Assembly (NCBI GenBank): GCA_041743835.1
Contig: JBGTLW010000341.1
Coordinates: 707-64,706 of the forward strand
Source: Phycisphaeraceae bacterium
GTDB taxonomy: Bacteria; Planctomycetota; Phycisphaerae; Phycisphaerales; Phycisphaeraceae
DNA length: 64,000 bases
Direction of reading: 5' to 3'
Position numbers and translations under genes: made by a program. The notes under the pieces are model-generated. The model was not told the DNA's origin and searched no databases. It saw nothing but the letters and a program-made list of their open reading frames with translations. This document shows positions 1 through 8,783 of the stretch, piece by piece. The number at the start of each line of letters is the position of its first letter. Position 1 is the stretch's first letter.

Positions 1-316
1 CGTTGGTGGTGAAGGGGTAGTCCTTACCGCCGGAGTTCTCGATGTAGGTGAGCATCTGCTTCCGGGAGACGCTCTTGCCGCAGCCGGAGTTGTCGCAGGT
101 GGTGGTGAGCATCTCGCCCAGCTCGGTGCCCCGGGGCGAGCGGATGACGAGCTTCGAGCCGCAGCCGGGCTTGGCGTCGCCGCTGTAGGGCAGCTCAGCG
201 ATCATCTTCTGGTAGCCGTAGCGCACGACCATGGAGGTGGGCGGCTTGAGCTCTTCGTAGATTTTGCGGTCTTCCTCCTCGAGCATGACGGGGAGGGGGA
301 CAATGGAACCGGGCAT
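1..316 (-). CDS. PSP1 domain / RicT(YaaT)-like protein, N-terminal part (3' end outside window)
   Basis: Not in the ORF track because it runs off the window. The reverse complement from the ATG at 316-314 reads MPGSIVPLPVMLEEEDRKIYEELKPPTSMVVRYGYQKMIAELPYSGDAKPGCGSKLVIRSPRGTELGEMLTTTCDNSGCGK... The VVRYGY..(gap)..LVIRSPRGTELGE pattern resembles the N-terminal beta region of PSP1/YaaT family proteins. Confidence 0.5.
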   Translation of the reverse strand, partial: MPGSIVPLPVMLEEEDRKIYEELKPPTSMVVRYGYQKMIAELPYSGDAKPGCGSKLVIRSPRGTELGEMLTTTCDNSGCGKSVSRKQMLTYIENSGGKDYPFTTN

Positions 317-533
317 GGGACACACTCCGTGCAAGACGCAACCTGTCCCCGGCCTGGCCGGGCGACGGCATGATCTCGATCTGTCGCCGAGCAGGTTTTT
401 TAGGTGCCCCAAAGCCGCTCGGCTGGCGTTGGGGGTCCAAACACGGGGTGTTGCGAGCATGATACCACAGGGCGGCCACCCGGTGTATCGCGTAGCCGCT
501 AGGCACGCACTGACAGCCCCCGAAAACTCACGT

Positions 534-659
534 GCGCCCCATTCCTCAGGGCCTGCGCCCCATTGCTCAAGGCCTGCGCCCCATTCCGCAGAGCCTGCGC
601 CCCATTCCTCAAGGCCTGCGCCCCGTTCTTCAGGACTTGCGCCCCATAACTTCAGGCCA
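534..659. repeat. Six head-to-tail copies of a 21-bp tandem repeat (consensus GCGCCCCATTCCTCAAGGCCT)
   Basis: Read directly from the sequence. The units are 534-554, 555-575, 576-596, 597-617, 618-638 and 639-659. The GCGCCCC(A/G)T core is conserved and the last two units are more diverged. The array is intergenic, between the sulfotransferase stop (862) and the PSP1-like start (316). Confidence 0.9.
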
Positions 660-861
660 GTGTCATGTTCCACAGATTTGCAACCCAGTCCCCGCCACAC
701 CTCGGCCAAGCCGATGTGTGCCCCGACGCCCGTACCAACAATCCACCACAACCGCGCAATGCCCGCGCCACACCTAACCGCCCACCGCGTCGCGGTTGCG
801 GGCTAGTTCCCGAGCATGGCTGCGCGGTGGCATCCAATCCGCCGGGCGATATTGCGGGCCG

Positions 862-1890
862 CTAGCCCATGATTTTTTCTACGGTGCCGCTTTCAATCGT
901 TGCGGGACCCGCGTTGGTGGTCATGGCCGTATTGGCATTTAATGGATACGCGGTCGCCGCACCCACCATCGTGGACTCGTCACGCCGTGGGCTCCAATGC
1001 GACAGATTTCGCAGAAGCATTTTCTCCAATTGTCGCACATCGTCGGCGAACCATGATTCAAGCCTTACACGCGTATGATCGGGGACGGCGATCCGCTCCA
1101 AGTTGGCCCGCCGAGCCTTCATTACGCATTTATAGAGCGGCTCACGCACCCACTTCGGTAGTTGGTTCTTCAACACCGTGGTCCATTGACGCTTGTGCGT
1201 CAGCATGTGTACCAAGCGGTTTCGGGGGCGACCCGTAGCGTTGTACTGCGTCGAAAGGTCCGGACAGAATGACTGATCGACGCCGATGAAGCGGTAGATG
1301 CGTCGCATGACCTCTGGTGCGTCAGCTTGAAAATCCTCGAATAACTCAATGTGGACCCGGTCGGACCCAAAGGCGAGATAGTAGGGTTGCAACATCCTCG
1401 CGTAACGACCGCGATCCAGATAGTGGTGCCAGCCCCATGGTAATTCTTGTCCAACCCCGCGTATCTCGTCGTCAATCGCCTGCTCGAATGACCGCGTCTC
1501 CTTCCCCTGATCTCGGTACATGCAGTAGCTGGAGAAAGCCCGCTCGACAGGATTGCGCAGCACCGCGATGATGCGCACATCCCCCAACAACTGCCTCATC
1601 CTAGGGGGTGCGGTATGGGTGTAGATGTACTGGGGGGAGACTTCACCAACCGCCTTGGCTCCACCCGTATCGGTGAACAGAGAGCGGTACTCCGCCAGGG
1701 TCTTCACCCGATAGTACTCGGCGGTCTGAGGATGAGTCTTGGTTAACTGCTGGGCCGCGTCATCGTATGCGAAGTAGCACGTCTCTTTTACGCGGCTCAT
1801 ATGCACGTCGGGGTGCTGAGCCAGATAGTGGTAGATGGACGTGGTCCCCGCCTTACCGGCACCAATCACGATAAATGTAGGTAATGTCAT
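862..1890 (-). CDS. Sulfotransferase family protein (PAPS-dependent)
   Basis: 342-aa ORF with an ATG start. The N-terminal FIVIGAGKAGTTSIYHYL matches the 5'-PSB P-loop-like motif of sulfotransferases. RIIAVLRNPVERAFSSY matches the 3'-PB region. The gene is visibly more A/T-rich than its neighbours. Confidence 0.85.
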   Translation of the reverse strand: MTLPTFIVIGAGKAGTTSIYHYLAQHPDVHMSRVKETCYFAYDDAAQQLTKTHPQTAEYYRVKTLAEYRSLFTDTGGAKAVGEVSPQYIYTHTAPPRMRQLLGDVRIIAVLRNPVERAFSSYCMYRDQGKETRSFEQAIDDEIRGVGQELPWGWHHYLDRGRYARMLQPYYLAFGSDRVHIELFEDFQADAPEVMRRIYRFIGVDQSFCPDLSTQYNATGRPRNRLVHMLTHKRQWTTVLKNQLPKWVREPLYKCVMKARRANLERIAVPDHTRVRLESWFADDVRQLEKMLLRNLSHWSPRRDESTMVGAATAYPLNANTAMTTNAGPATIESGTVEKIMG

Positions 1891-2107
1891 CCGAGCAAAA
1901 TCCCCTCAATCGCTTGAGAAAAGCGGCAAACTGTTCCATCAGCCATGCGGCCCAAAGGTCCTGCGAGGTCACTGCAAGGTGCTTCAACCCTGTTGTTCAT
2001 TGTCACCACGCAAAAGGTAGCTCAGAAAAAGTAAAACGCAAGTAGGAACAACCCTTGGATTGGATTGGGCGTACCGGTTGCAACGGTGAGGGGGTTTGCG
2101 CACACGC

Positions 2108-4081
2108 TCAGGGGGGGTCGGTCTTGGTCACCATTTCCGCGCCCTCTGAGCCGTAGGCCACGCCGCCACGGGTGAGGAATGCGATGGCGAAGGATGTTTC
2201 GGAGACGTTGCCCCATGAGCCGTCGTCTTTCTGGCTGCGGAGGATGTATTCGGAGCCGCTCTGGTACCAGTCGAGTTTGTTGAACTCGCGCTGCCCGGTG
2301 AGCAGGCCGACGTGTTGGACGGCTGCGAGGTAGTAGTACGTCCAGCCGGGCTTGATGGGGTTGCGGTCCGGGGTGAACTGGTAGTTGAGCCATTCCATCC
2401 CGCTGGCGATGGCCTTGTCTGCTTTCTCGTGCATCTGCTCGGGCAGGTGCTCGCGGGAGACCAGCAGACAGGTGAGCCCGGCCGCGGTCATTGAGCCATA
2501 CGACACCTGCTGCTCATTGCCCAGGTATGACCAGCCGCCATCGACCTGTTGGCCGTTGAGACACGCCTGCGCCAGCCGCTGCCAGTGCTGCGGGGCGATC
2601 TCGATCTGCGCCACTTCGTCGGCCAGCCAGAGGCCCAGGGCCCCCGCCAGCGTCACCGATATGTCACGGCGGGATTGCTTCTTGCTGTCCGCCATCGTGT
2701 ATTCGTAATAGCCCTCGGCGGTCTGCGCGGTCCGCAGCCAGACGGTATCGCCCAGCATCACCTTGCGGTAGCGCTCGCGATCGGGCAGGAGCTCCCATGC
2801 GTGCATGCGGAAGCACACGGCGTAGGTGCCGGACAACTCGGCGGCAAACAGCCAACGGATCGCCCGCGCCAGTTCCGGGGTGGTGCGTGGCTCTTCCTCG
2901 GCCATGAGCAGGGCGTACACGGCGATCGCGGTGTGCCCGCCGAAGTTGCGGCTCTGGTTGTGCTGGGTCTGCTTCTCCCATAGCTCCTCGGGGTCCATCT
3001 GCTGGTAGAGCCAGGCCACGCCCTTCTCGATCGCGGCGTCCACCTTCGGGTCACGGTGCCCACGCCCGCCGCCCGCCAGCTTCTCGACGCGCTTGCGCGC
3101 CACCTTGCGGGAGATGCCCAGCATCGCCAACTGGTCATCCAACTGGCGTAGCTCGTGCTTCGCGGCCAATCTTGCCTCGTCCTCGGTCGGGTGCTTGAGC
3201 AGGTACTCGCTGTAATACAGCTTCGCGCGGATCATGGATTCTTCACGCAGGCCCGTGCCGGGCAGCGCGGCCCGCTGGGTGTACCACTTCCCAAGGCGCA
3301 GCGCGGCGTCCTCGGTCATCTCCGCCAGCGGCGACGACGCGAGGCTGAGGATTTCGTGGAGCTGCGAGTCTTTGAGAGCGGGGACCGCGGCGATGGCTTC
3401 ACCGGGGCTGTCCAGTTCGAGGCCGACCAGTTCGAGCAGGGTTTCCGCGGCGGCGGCATCCTCGGGGTTCGTCGCAAGGGCGGCTTTGGCCTTGTCGATA
3501 TCCGCAAGCACCTGCCCCAGCTTTTGCGCACGCGCGAGGGATTTCTCGGCCTCTGCCTTGCGGCGCAGCAGGTGCTGATCGGCAAACGCCAGGCCACGCT
3601 CGAAGAACTGCTTCGCTCCAGCCGGATCGCGCTCCGCAAGCCGAGCCGCACCAAACGCCTGATACATGTCGAACATGCCGTCGGGGTCGCGGTCGGCCCG
3701 CTTGAGATTCTCGAACCGCAGCTCCTCCAGCGTGAGCCGCATCCCATCGAAACGCGCAGCCTCCAGAGGCGCGGCCGCCTCTTGAAGCTCGATCGACTTG
3801 GCTGCGGCTTCATAACCCTCGGGGTGCTTGATGCCGTACTCGTAAGCCTTCTCGACGATGCGTGCCCGGAGCTCCTGCGCAAGCCCGGGGCGCTCCAGCC
3901 CATCGAGGAAGGTCTGCGCCAGCTTGGCGTCATCGACGAGCGACTCGGTCGCGGCCGCCTCCGCGATGGCCTTGCCGAACATGAAATTGAACGCCATCTC
4001 CGCCCGGTCCATCTGTGCCGCGGCAGGCAGGGCGAAGCAGATCAGAGACAACAACGCAACAGAAGCAGTAAAGCGTTTCAT
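2108..4081 (-). CDS. Secreted protein with helical repeat N-half and prenyltransferase/squalene-oxidase-like (alpha/alpha toroid) repeats in the C-half
   Basis: The track ORF 2108-4795 is a run-on. The real start is taken at ATG 4081-4079 (MKRFTASVALLSLICFALPAAAQ, a signal peptide). The C-half contains QVDGGWSYLG..YGSMTAAGLTCLLV and QKDDGSWGNVSETSFAIAFL, which are typical terpene-cyclase/prenyltransferase repeat motifs. Confidence 0.6.
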   Translation of the reverse strand: MKRFTASVALLSLICFALPAAAQMDRAEMAFNFMFGKAIAEAAATESLVDDAKLAQTFLDGLERPGLAQELRARIVEKAYEYGIKHPEGYEAAAKSIELQEAAAPLEAARFDGMRLTLEELRFENLKRADRDPDGMFDMYQAFGAARLAERDPAGAKQFFERGLAFADQHLLRRKAEAEKSLARAQKLGQVLADIDKAKAALATNPEDAAAAETLLELVGLELDSPGEAIAAVPALKDSQLHEILSLASSPLAEMTEDAALRLGKWYTQRAALPGTGLREESMIRAKLYYSEYLLKHPTEDEARLAAKHELRQLDDQLAMLGISRKVARKRVEKLAGGGRGHRDPKVDAAIEKGVAWLYQQMDPEELWEKQTQHNQSRNFGGHTAIAVYALLMAEEEPRTTPELARAIRWLFAAELSGTYAVCFRMHAWELLPDRERYRKVMLGDTVWLRTAQTAEGYYEYTMADSKKQSRRDISVTLAGALGLWLADEVAQIEIAPQHWQRLAQACLNGQQVDGGWSYLGNEQQVSYGSMTAAGLTCLLVSREHLPEQMHEKADKAIASGMEWLNYQFTPDRNPIKPGWTYYYLAAVQHVGLLTGQREFNKLDWYQSGSEYILRSQKDDGSWGNVSETSFAIAFLTRGGVAYGSEGAEMVTKTDPP

Positions 4082-4211
4082 GGGCGGGCCTTGATGGGAG
4101 AAAAGATTCCTGACCGCTGCATGATACCGCTGGGAGTCACTGGCGCAAAGGCAGCCACGCCGGGCCGTTGGGCCCGGGCGGTGGCTACTGGTGACGCGGG
4201 GTTGGGTTACG

Positions 4212-5120
4212 TCAGGCCTGCAAGCCCGCGGAGTCGGTGACGCCGAGGTTCTGGTAGATCTGCCGGGTGGCGTCGGACTGGTTGAGGGTATAGAAGTGGA
4301 TGCCCCGGACGTTGTTGTCCAGCAGGTCGCGGCACTGCTCGGTGGCCCAGTGGATGCCCACGCGGGCGACGGCTTCCTCGTCGCCGTTGCACCGCTGGAT
4401 CGACCGCAGCAGCCGTGCTGGGTAGCGTGCCCCGGCCGCGAGTTCAGCCATGCGGCGCATGCCCTTGCCGGAGGTGATCGGCATGACCCCCGCCAGGATG
4501 GGCACACGGATGCCCGCGAGTTCGCAGCGCTCGCGGAAGTCGTGGAAGTCCCGGTTGTCGAAGAAAAGCTGGGTGCAGATGTAGTCCGCCCCGGCATCGA
4601 CCTTGGCCTTGAGGTGATCCATCTCCTGCAGGCGGTTGGGCGTGTCGGGATGGCCCTCGGGGAAGCCCGCGACGCCGACGCCAAAGCCCCGCGCGTCGGC
4701 GTGGCCCTTGAAGGCTTTGATGTGGGCGACCAGTTGCGCGGCATAGCGGAAGGCGTCTTTCGAGCGGTCCCAGCCGGCGCGATCGCGGGGGACATCGCCG
4801 GAGAGGGCGAGGATGCTGCCTACGTTCTCCTTAGCCCAGACTTCGAGTACGCGGTCGATCTCCGCCCTGTCGTGACAGACACACGTGAGGTGCGGGATCG
4901 TCGCGAGGCCGGTTTCTCGCTTGATCCGCAGGACCAGGTCATTGGTCAACTCGCGCGTGCTCCCGCCTGCGCCGTACGTCACATCAACAAACGCGGGCTT
5001 GAGCAACTCGAGCTCACGGACTGAAGTGAACAACCTCTCCGACGCCTCGGGGGTCTTCGGCGGGAAGAACTCGAACGAGAAGGTGACCGGGTGCGCGGCA
5101 AAGATGTCGAGGATGTGCAT
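4212..5120 (-). CDS. metF: 5,10-methylenetetrahydrofolate reductase
   Basis: 302 aa. FSFEFFPPKT..AFVDVTYGAGGSTRELT..IPHLTCV..ICTQLFFD are hallmark MetF segments. Confidence 0.9.
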   Translation of the reverse strand: MHILDIFAAHPVTFSFEFFPPKTPEASERLFTSVRELELLKPAFVDVTYGAGGSTRELTNDLVLRIKRETGLATIPHLTCVCHDRAEIDRVLEVWAKENVGSILALSGDVPRDRAGWDRSKDAFRYAAQLVAHIKAFKGHADARGFGVGVAGFPEGHPDTPNRLQEMDHLKAKVDAGADYICTQLFFDNRDFHDFRERCELAGIRVPILAGVMPITSGKGMRRMAELAAGARYPARLLRSIQRCNGDEEAVARVGIHWATEQCRDLLDNNVRGIHFYTLNQSDATRQIYQNLGVTDSAGLQA

Positions 5121-5298
5121 AAGCGGACCTTAATCTGTTTATCCGGATTAACGGATGATATATGCGGCACGCGATCGGGTCAAAGAAAAAACCATCAGCA
5201 CACGGCCCGGCTCTTTTGTAATCTATGTCGGCTCTGCTCTAGCTGACGCCGACATTGCCCATTGATTTTGTTCCAGCCATTCGTACACGGGGATTCGC

Positions 5299-7590
5299 AT
5301 GACATCACGACCTGGTCCCAAGCCCATCATGACCTGCGCCAACCGCTTTACGCGGGCTGGCCTGATCGGCACTGCTGTGCTGTTCATCGGCTGTCCAGCC
5401 TTGGCGGACGCCAAAACACCGCCCGATTCACCCTTCAAGGGGTGGCAAGGCATGAGGGTGATCCAGCAGGAAAGTTATCCCATGCGGATGACGGCCGCTG
5501 ATCTCAATGCCGACGGGCAGGATGAACTGGTGGTCATCAACCCGAGGCAGGCAAGGCTGGAGGTTTACCGCTACCGCGGACCCGATGCCGAGGCCGAGCC
5601 TGACCAGACCCCGGGCAAGCCCAACGAACTCCCGATGGCGGCGGACTTTGAGCGTGTCGAGCTAGGGCTGGAGAATCTACCCATCGACGCGCTGGCGCAC
5701 GACCTGGATGGGGATGGTCGGCCGGAGCTGATCGTCCTGGTCGTCGCGCCCAACCGCTTGGAGGTCCACAGCGCCAAGGAGGGGCTGGACTACCAGAAGG
5801 TGCAGACCATCGACCTGCTCGATGGCAACTACACCGGCCGGAGCGGCGCGCTGCTCATCGACGCCACGGGGCCGACACCGACCGCGCTGGTCAGCATGTC
5901 ACAGGGCATTCAAACCGTGCCCCTGATGCTGCCCACCGAGATGAACAAGGACGCCCGCCCCGGCAAGCCGACATGGCTCGACCCGAAGCAGGACGTGTCG
6001 CACGTGGATTGGTGGCTGGCGGACCTGGATCACGACGGCTCCCCGGACCTGATCCAGTGGACCAGCAAGCCCGACAGCTCGATCATCTGGCGGCAGCGCA
6101 TCAATGGGCGGCTGCTTCCGCCACAGGTGCTGTACGATCGGCTGGTGGATCAGGTGGTGATGTTCGAGTCGCAGCCGGGCAGGGCAGAGATCGCGATGCT
6201 CGGCGGGGTGCAGCCGGGCGTGCTGAGGCGGTATAAGCTCGGGCTTGATGATGAAGGGCCGATCGGTCAACGGCAGACGCTGGCGATGAAGGACCCCAGC
6301 AAGACGCCGTGGTGCGTCGTGACCGTCGAGGGACAGGCCACGCTCCTGGTCGTGGATAGCGATCAGCCCCGGCTCAACACCTTCACGCTGGACGCCAGCG
6401 GGTGGCGGGCAGGGCCGACCTACCCCATCGTCACCGGCGTCGAGCAGATCACCCCCGCGTACGCCAGCCCCGGCAGCATCCTCATGCGAGTGAAAGACGC
6501 GGGGCAGCTGTACCAAAGCGCGTGGGATGGCGAACGTTTCTCCTACCCCGCGTTGCTGGCATCAACCGACGCGGACGCGGCCGACACCACCACCGACCGC
6601 GCGGTGCTCAATCTCGGCGTGGTCGGGCAGACCACATGGTGGACCCAGCGTGTGGGGAAGGACGTGGCGCTGTTCCGCCAAGGCGGGCCTTATGCCGAGG
6701 GTGACGGCCCAGTCGTATTCTCGGGTCTTGGCGACAAGGTCAGGGAGGCCGTCTGGCTCGGTGGTGAGAGGCTGCTGGTCAACGACCAGTACGCCCGGCA
6801 ACCCAAGCTGGTCACGCTCGCGGATGGCAAGACCACGATTGAAGAACCCACCCACCTGCGGGCGATTAAGGCCGATGAGTTACGGCTCTACGAAATCGAT
6901 GGTGAGCTCCGGCTTGGCCGGCTGACCGAGGGCGTGCTTCAATGGCTCGACGCGCGGATGCAGCCGACGGACCAGGTGATGCTGCCCGAGGGGGCGAGGC
7001 TCTCTTCCTTCGTGCCCACCGCAAACGGCAAGGCGTGGGCGCTGCAGGCGGGCGGCCAACGCATCCACCAGTTGTCCCCCGACGACGCGGGCATCCTCCG
7101 GGTCACCGACACCCACCGCGTCCCCGGCGGGCAGAACCTGATCCACGAACACCACCTCGGGTTGTTGCTCATCGGGGGCGATGCCATCACCCAAATCTCG
7201 CCGGGTCAGTCGCGTAAGCTCGAACTGGTGCAGACCATCGACAGCCGCGAGGGTCGGCCAAGCGGTGTGCGTGCGGCGACAATCCACCGCATCTTTGCCG
7301 CAAAGGTCACCGGCGACAAGACCGAACAGCTGATCCTCGCCGACGACACCCGCCATCAACTCACCCTGCTGGGTGTCGATCCCGAAGACGAAGAGGGCAA
7401 ACTCAAATCATGGCTCTCCTGGCCGGTGTTTGAGGACCGCAAGTACCCCTATGGCTACGAGGAACCCAGCCGTGGCGGAGAGCCACGCACCATCCTTTCA
7501 CTGGACATCGACGGGGACAAACACCCCGACCTGGCCATGCTGAGCCACGACCGCTTGATCATTTATCTCGGCCGGGAAACTAAGCCATGA
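5299..7590 (+). CDS. Secreted FG-GAP/VCBS-like beta-propeller repeat protein
   Basis: 763 aa with a signal peptide (GLIGTAVLFIGCPALADA). It has repeated Ca-binding-type motifs DLNADGQDELVV, DLDGDGRPELIV, DLDHDGSPDLIQ and DIDGDKHPDLAM. Its stop overlaps the next start (ATGA at 7587-7590). Confidence 0.65.
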   Translation: MTSRPGPKPIMTCANRFTRAGLIGTAVLFIGCPALADAKTPPDSPFKGWQGMRVIQQESYPMRMTAADLNADGQDELVVINPRQARLEVYRYRGPDAEAEPDQTPGKPNELPMAADFERVELGLENLPIDALAHDLDGDGRPELIVLVVAPNRLEVHSAKEGLDYQKVQTIDLLDGNYTGRSGALLIDATGPTPTALVSMSQGIQTVPLMLPTEMNKDARPGKPTWLDPKQDVSHVDWWLADLDHDGSPDLIQWTSKPDSSIIWRQRINGRLLPPQVLYDRLVDQVVMFESQPGRAEIAMLGGVQPGVLRRYKLGLDDEGPIGQRQTLAMKDPSKTPWCVVTVEGQATLLVVDSDQPRLNTFTLDASGWRAGPTYPIVTGVEQITPAYASPGSILMRVKDAGQLYQSAWDGERFSYPALLASTDADAADTTTDRAVLNLGVVGQTTWWTQRVGKDVALFRQGGPYAEGDGPVVFSGLGDKVREAVWLGGERLLVNDQYARQPKLVTLADGKTTIEEPTHLRAIKADELRLYEIDGELRLGRLTEGVLQWLDARMQPTDQVMLPEGARLSSFVPTANGKAWALQAGGQRIHQLSPDDAGILRVTDTHRVPGGQNLIHEHHLGLLLIGGDAITQISPGQSRKLELVQTIDSREGRPSGVRAATIHRIFAAKVTGDKTEQLILADDTRHQLTLLGVDPEDEEGKLKSWLSWPVFEDRKYPYGYEEPSRGGEPRTILSLDIDGDKHPDLAMLSHDRLIIYLGRETKP

Positions 7591-8666
7591 CTAACTTCCA
7601 GACACCAACCGACCGACCCGCGCACCCACGCTCACGCTACAACCTGGCTGCGACGCTCTGCCTCGGTGCGTCGGCGGTACTGCTTGCGGGCACGGCTGTG
7701 GCCCAGGAGATCGCAGCCGACGCGGTGCCCCCGGTGGCAGCGCCGAGCATCGGGCAGCAGGTCGATGTGACCATCCTCGGCGGGGCCACCGTCACGGGCA
7801 CACTCCTCCGCGAGAGCGACAAGGGGCTGGTCGTCGATCTGGGATTCAGCGCGCTGTCCATCCCCGCGGACCAGGTGCTCGACATGCGCAGCACCGACCC
7901 CGACGCAGACACCGGCGAAACCCACGACGCGGGGGACGGCGTGTTCCGCACCGGCCGACTAGAGCCAGCGAGCATCCCCAAACTCGTCGAGCGTTACGGC
8001 GACGCGGTCGTGATGGTCAAGACCCCCTCGGGCCTGGGCAGCGGCTTTGTCATCAGTGACCAGAAGCACCTGATCACCAACTACCACGTCATCGAGGAAC
8101 AGACCACGATTTCGGTCACCGTGTTTCAGCCGAGCACGCAGGGTTATCAACGGCGGGAGTTCCACGAGGTCCAGATCATCGCGGTGAATCCGCTGCGCGA
8201 TATCGCCCTGCTCCGCGTCGTGGATGAGAAGGCGGAGGATTGGAAGCCCACCCCCGTGGTCATCACCGAGGACGGCGGGCCACAGGTCGGCGACCTGATC
8301 TTCGCGGTCGGCAATCCGTTGGGTCTTGAGCGATCGGTCACCCAGGGCATCGTCAGCTCCCGGTCGCGCAACATCGGCCACCTCCGCATGATCCAGACCG
8401 ATGCCTCCATCAACCCCGGCAACTCGGGGGGGCCGATGTTCAACGCACGCGGCGAGGTGGTCGGCATCGTCTGTGCCGGGGCGACGTCGTTTAACGGCTT
8501 GGCCTTCGGCATCCCCGCCAGCGACCTGGTCGATTTCCTGCAAAACCGGGATGCCTACCTCTTCGACCCGTCACAACCCATGAACGGGATCACCTACCTC
8601 CAGCCACCCTACAAACCAGCCCCCGCGGAAATTCCCCCGGAAGCGACCCCGGTAGCTGACCCCTGA
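7587..8666 (+). CDS. Trypsin-like serine protease (S1C, HtrA/DegP-like core without obvious PDZ)
   Basis: 359 aa. The catalytic triad context is present: LITNYHVI (His), DIALLRV (Asp) and TDASINPGNSGGPMFN (Ser). The N-terminus has a signal anchor plus a roughly 45-aa extra module. Confidence 0.85.
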   Translation: MTNFQTPTDRPAHPRSRYNLAATLCLGASAVLLAGTAVAQEIAADAVPPVAAPSIGQQVDVTILGGATVTGTLLRESDKGLVVDLGFSALSIPADQVLDMRSTDPDADTGETHDAGDGVFRTGRLEPASIPKLVERYGDAVVMVKTPSGLGSGFVISDQKHLITNYHVIEEQTTISVTVFQPSTQGYQRREFHEVQIIAVNPLRDIALLRVVDEKAEDWKPTPVVITEDGGPQVGDLIFAVGNPLGLERSVTQGIVSSRSRNIGHLRMIQTDASINPGNSGGPMFNARGEVVGIVCAGATSFNGLAFGIPASDLVDFLQNRDAYLFDPSQPMNGITYLQPPYKPAPAEIPPEATPVADP

Positions 8667-8783
8667 CACTCGGGTTTGGCTAAGCCCTGCCGCATTGTGG
8701 AACATCTGGCCGCGCTGACGTGACGGCTGCATTTTGGTTACGCTTTCAAAGCTATCGCAACACCCATACACCCGGAGCCGCTG

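Noticed and set aside
532-777. ORF translating the 21-bp repeats into a heptad peptide (GLRPIPQ)n; possible CRISPR array
   Set aside because: It has a GTG start, no RBS and an implausible downstream sequence. The other frames (264-806, 195-506) are equally open, so there is no evidence for coding. It is not CRISPR because the repeats are contiguous with no spacers and are only 21 bp long.
2108-4795. 895-aa ORF in the track, apparently one giant protein
   Set aside because: The first 238 aa or so are S/T/R/P-rich nonsense and overlap metF (4212-5120) in another frame. A clean signal peptide begins at the ATG at 4081, so the real gene is 2108-4081.
5121-5298. Possible SAM or other riboswitch in the metF leader (and similarly upstream of cysE, cysH and trpS)
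   Set aside because: I could not find the conserved cores I know (SAM-I, SAM-II, T-box, TPP) by eye. I cannot exclude one without an Infernal/Rfam scan.
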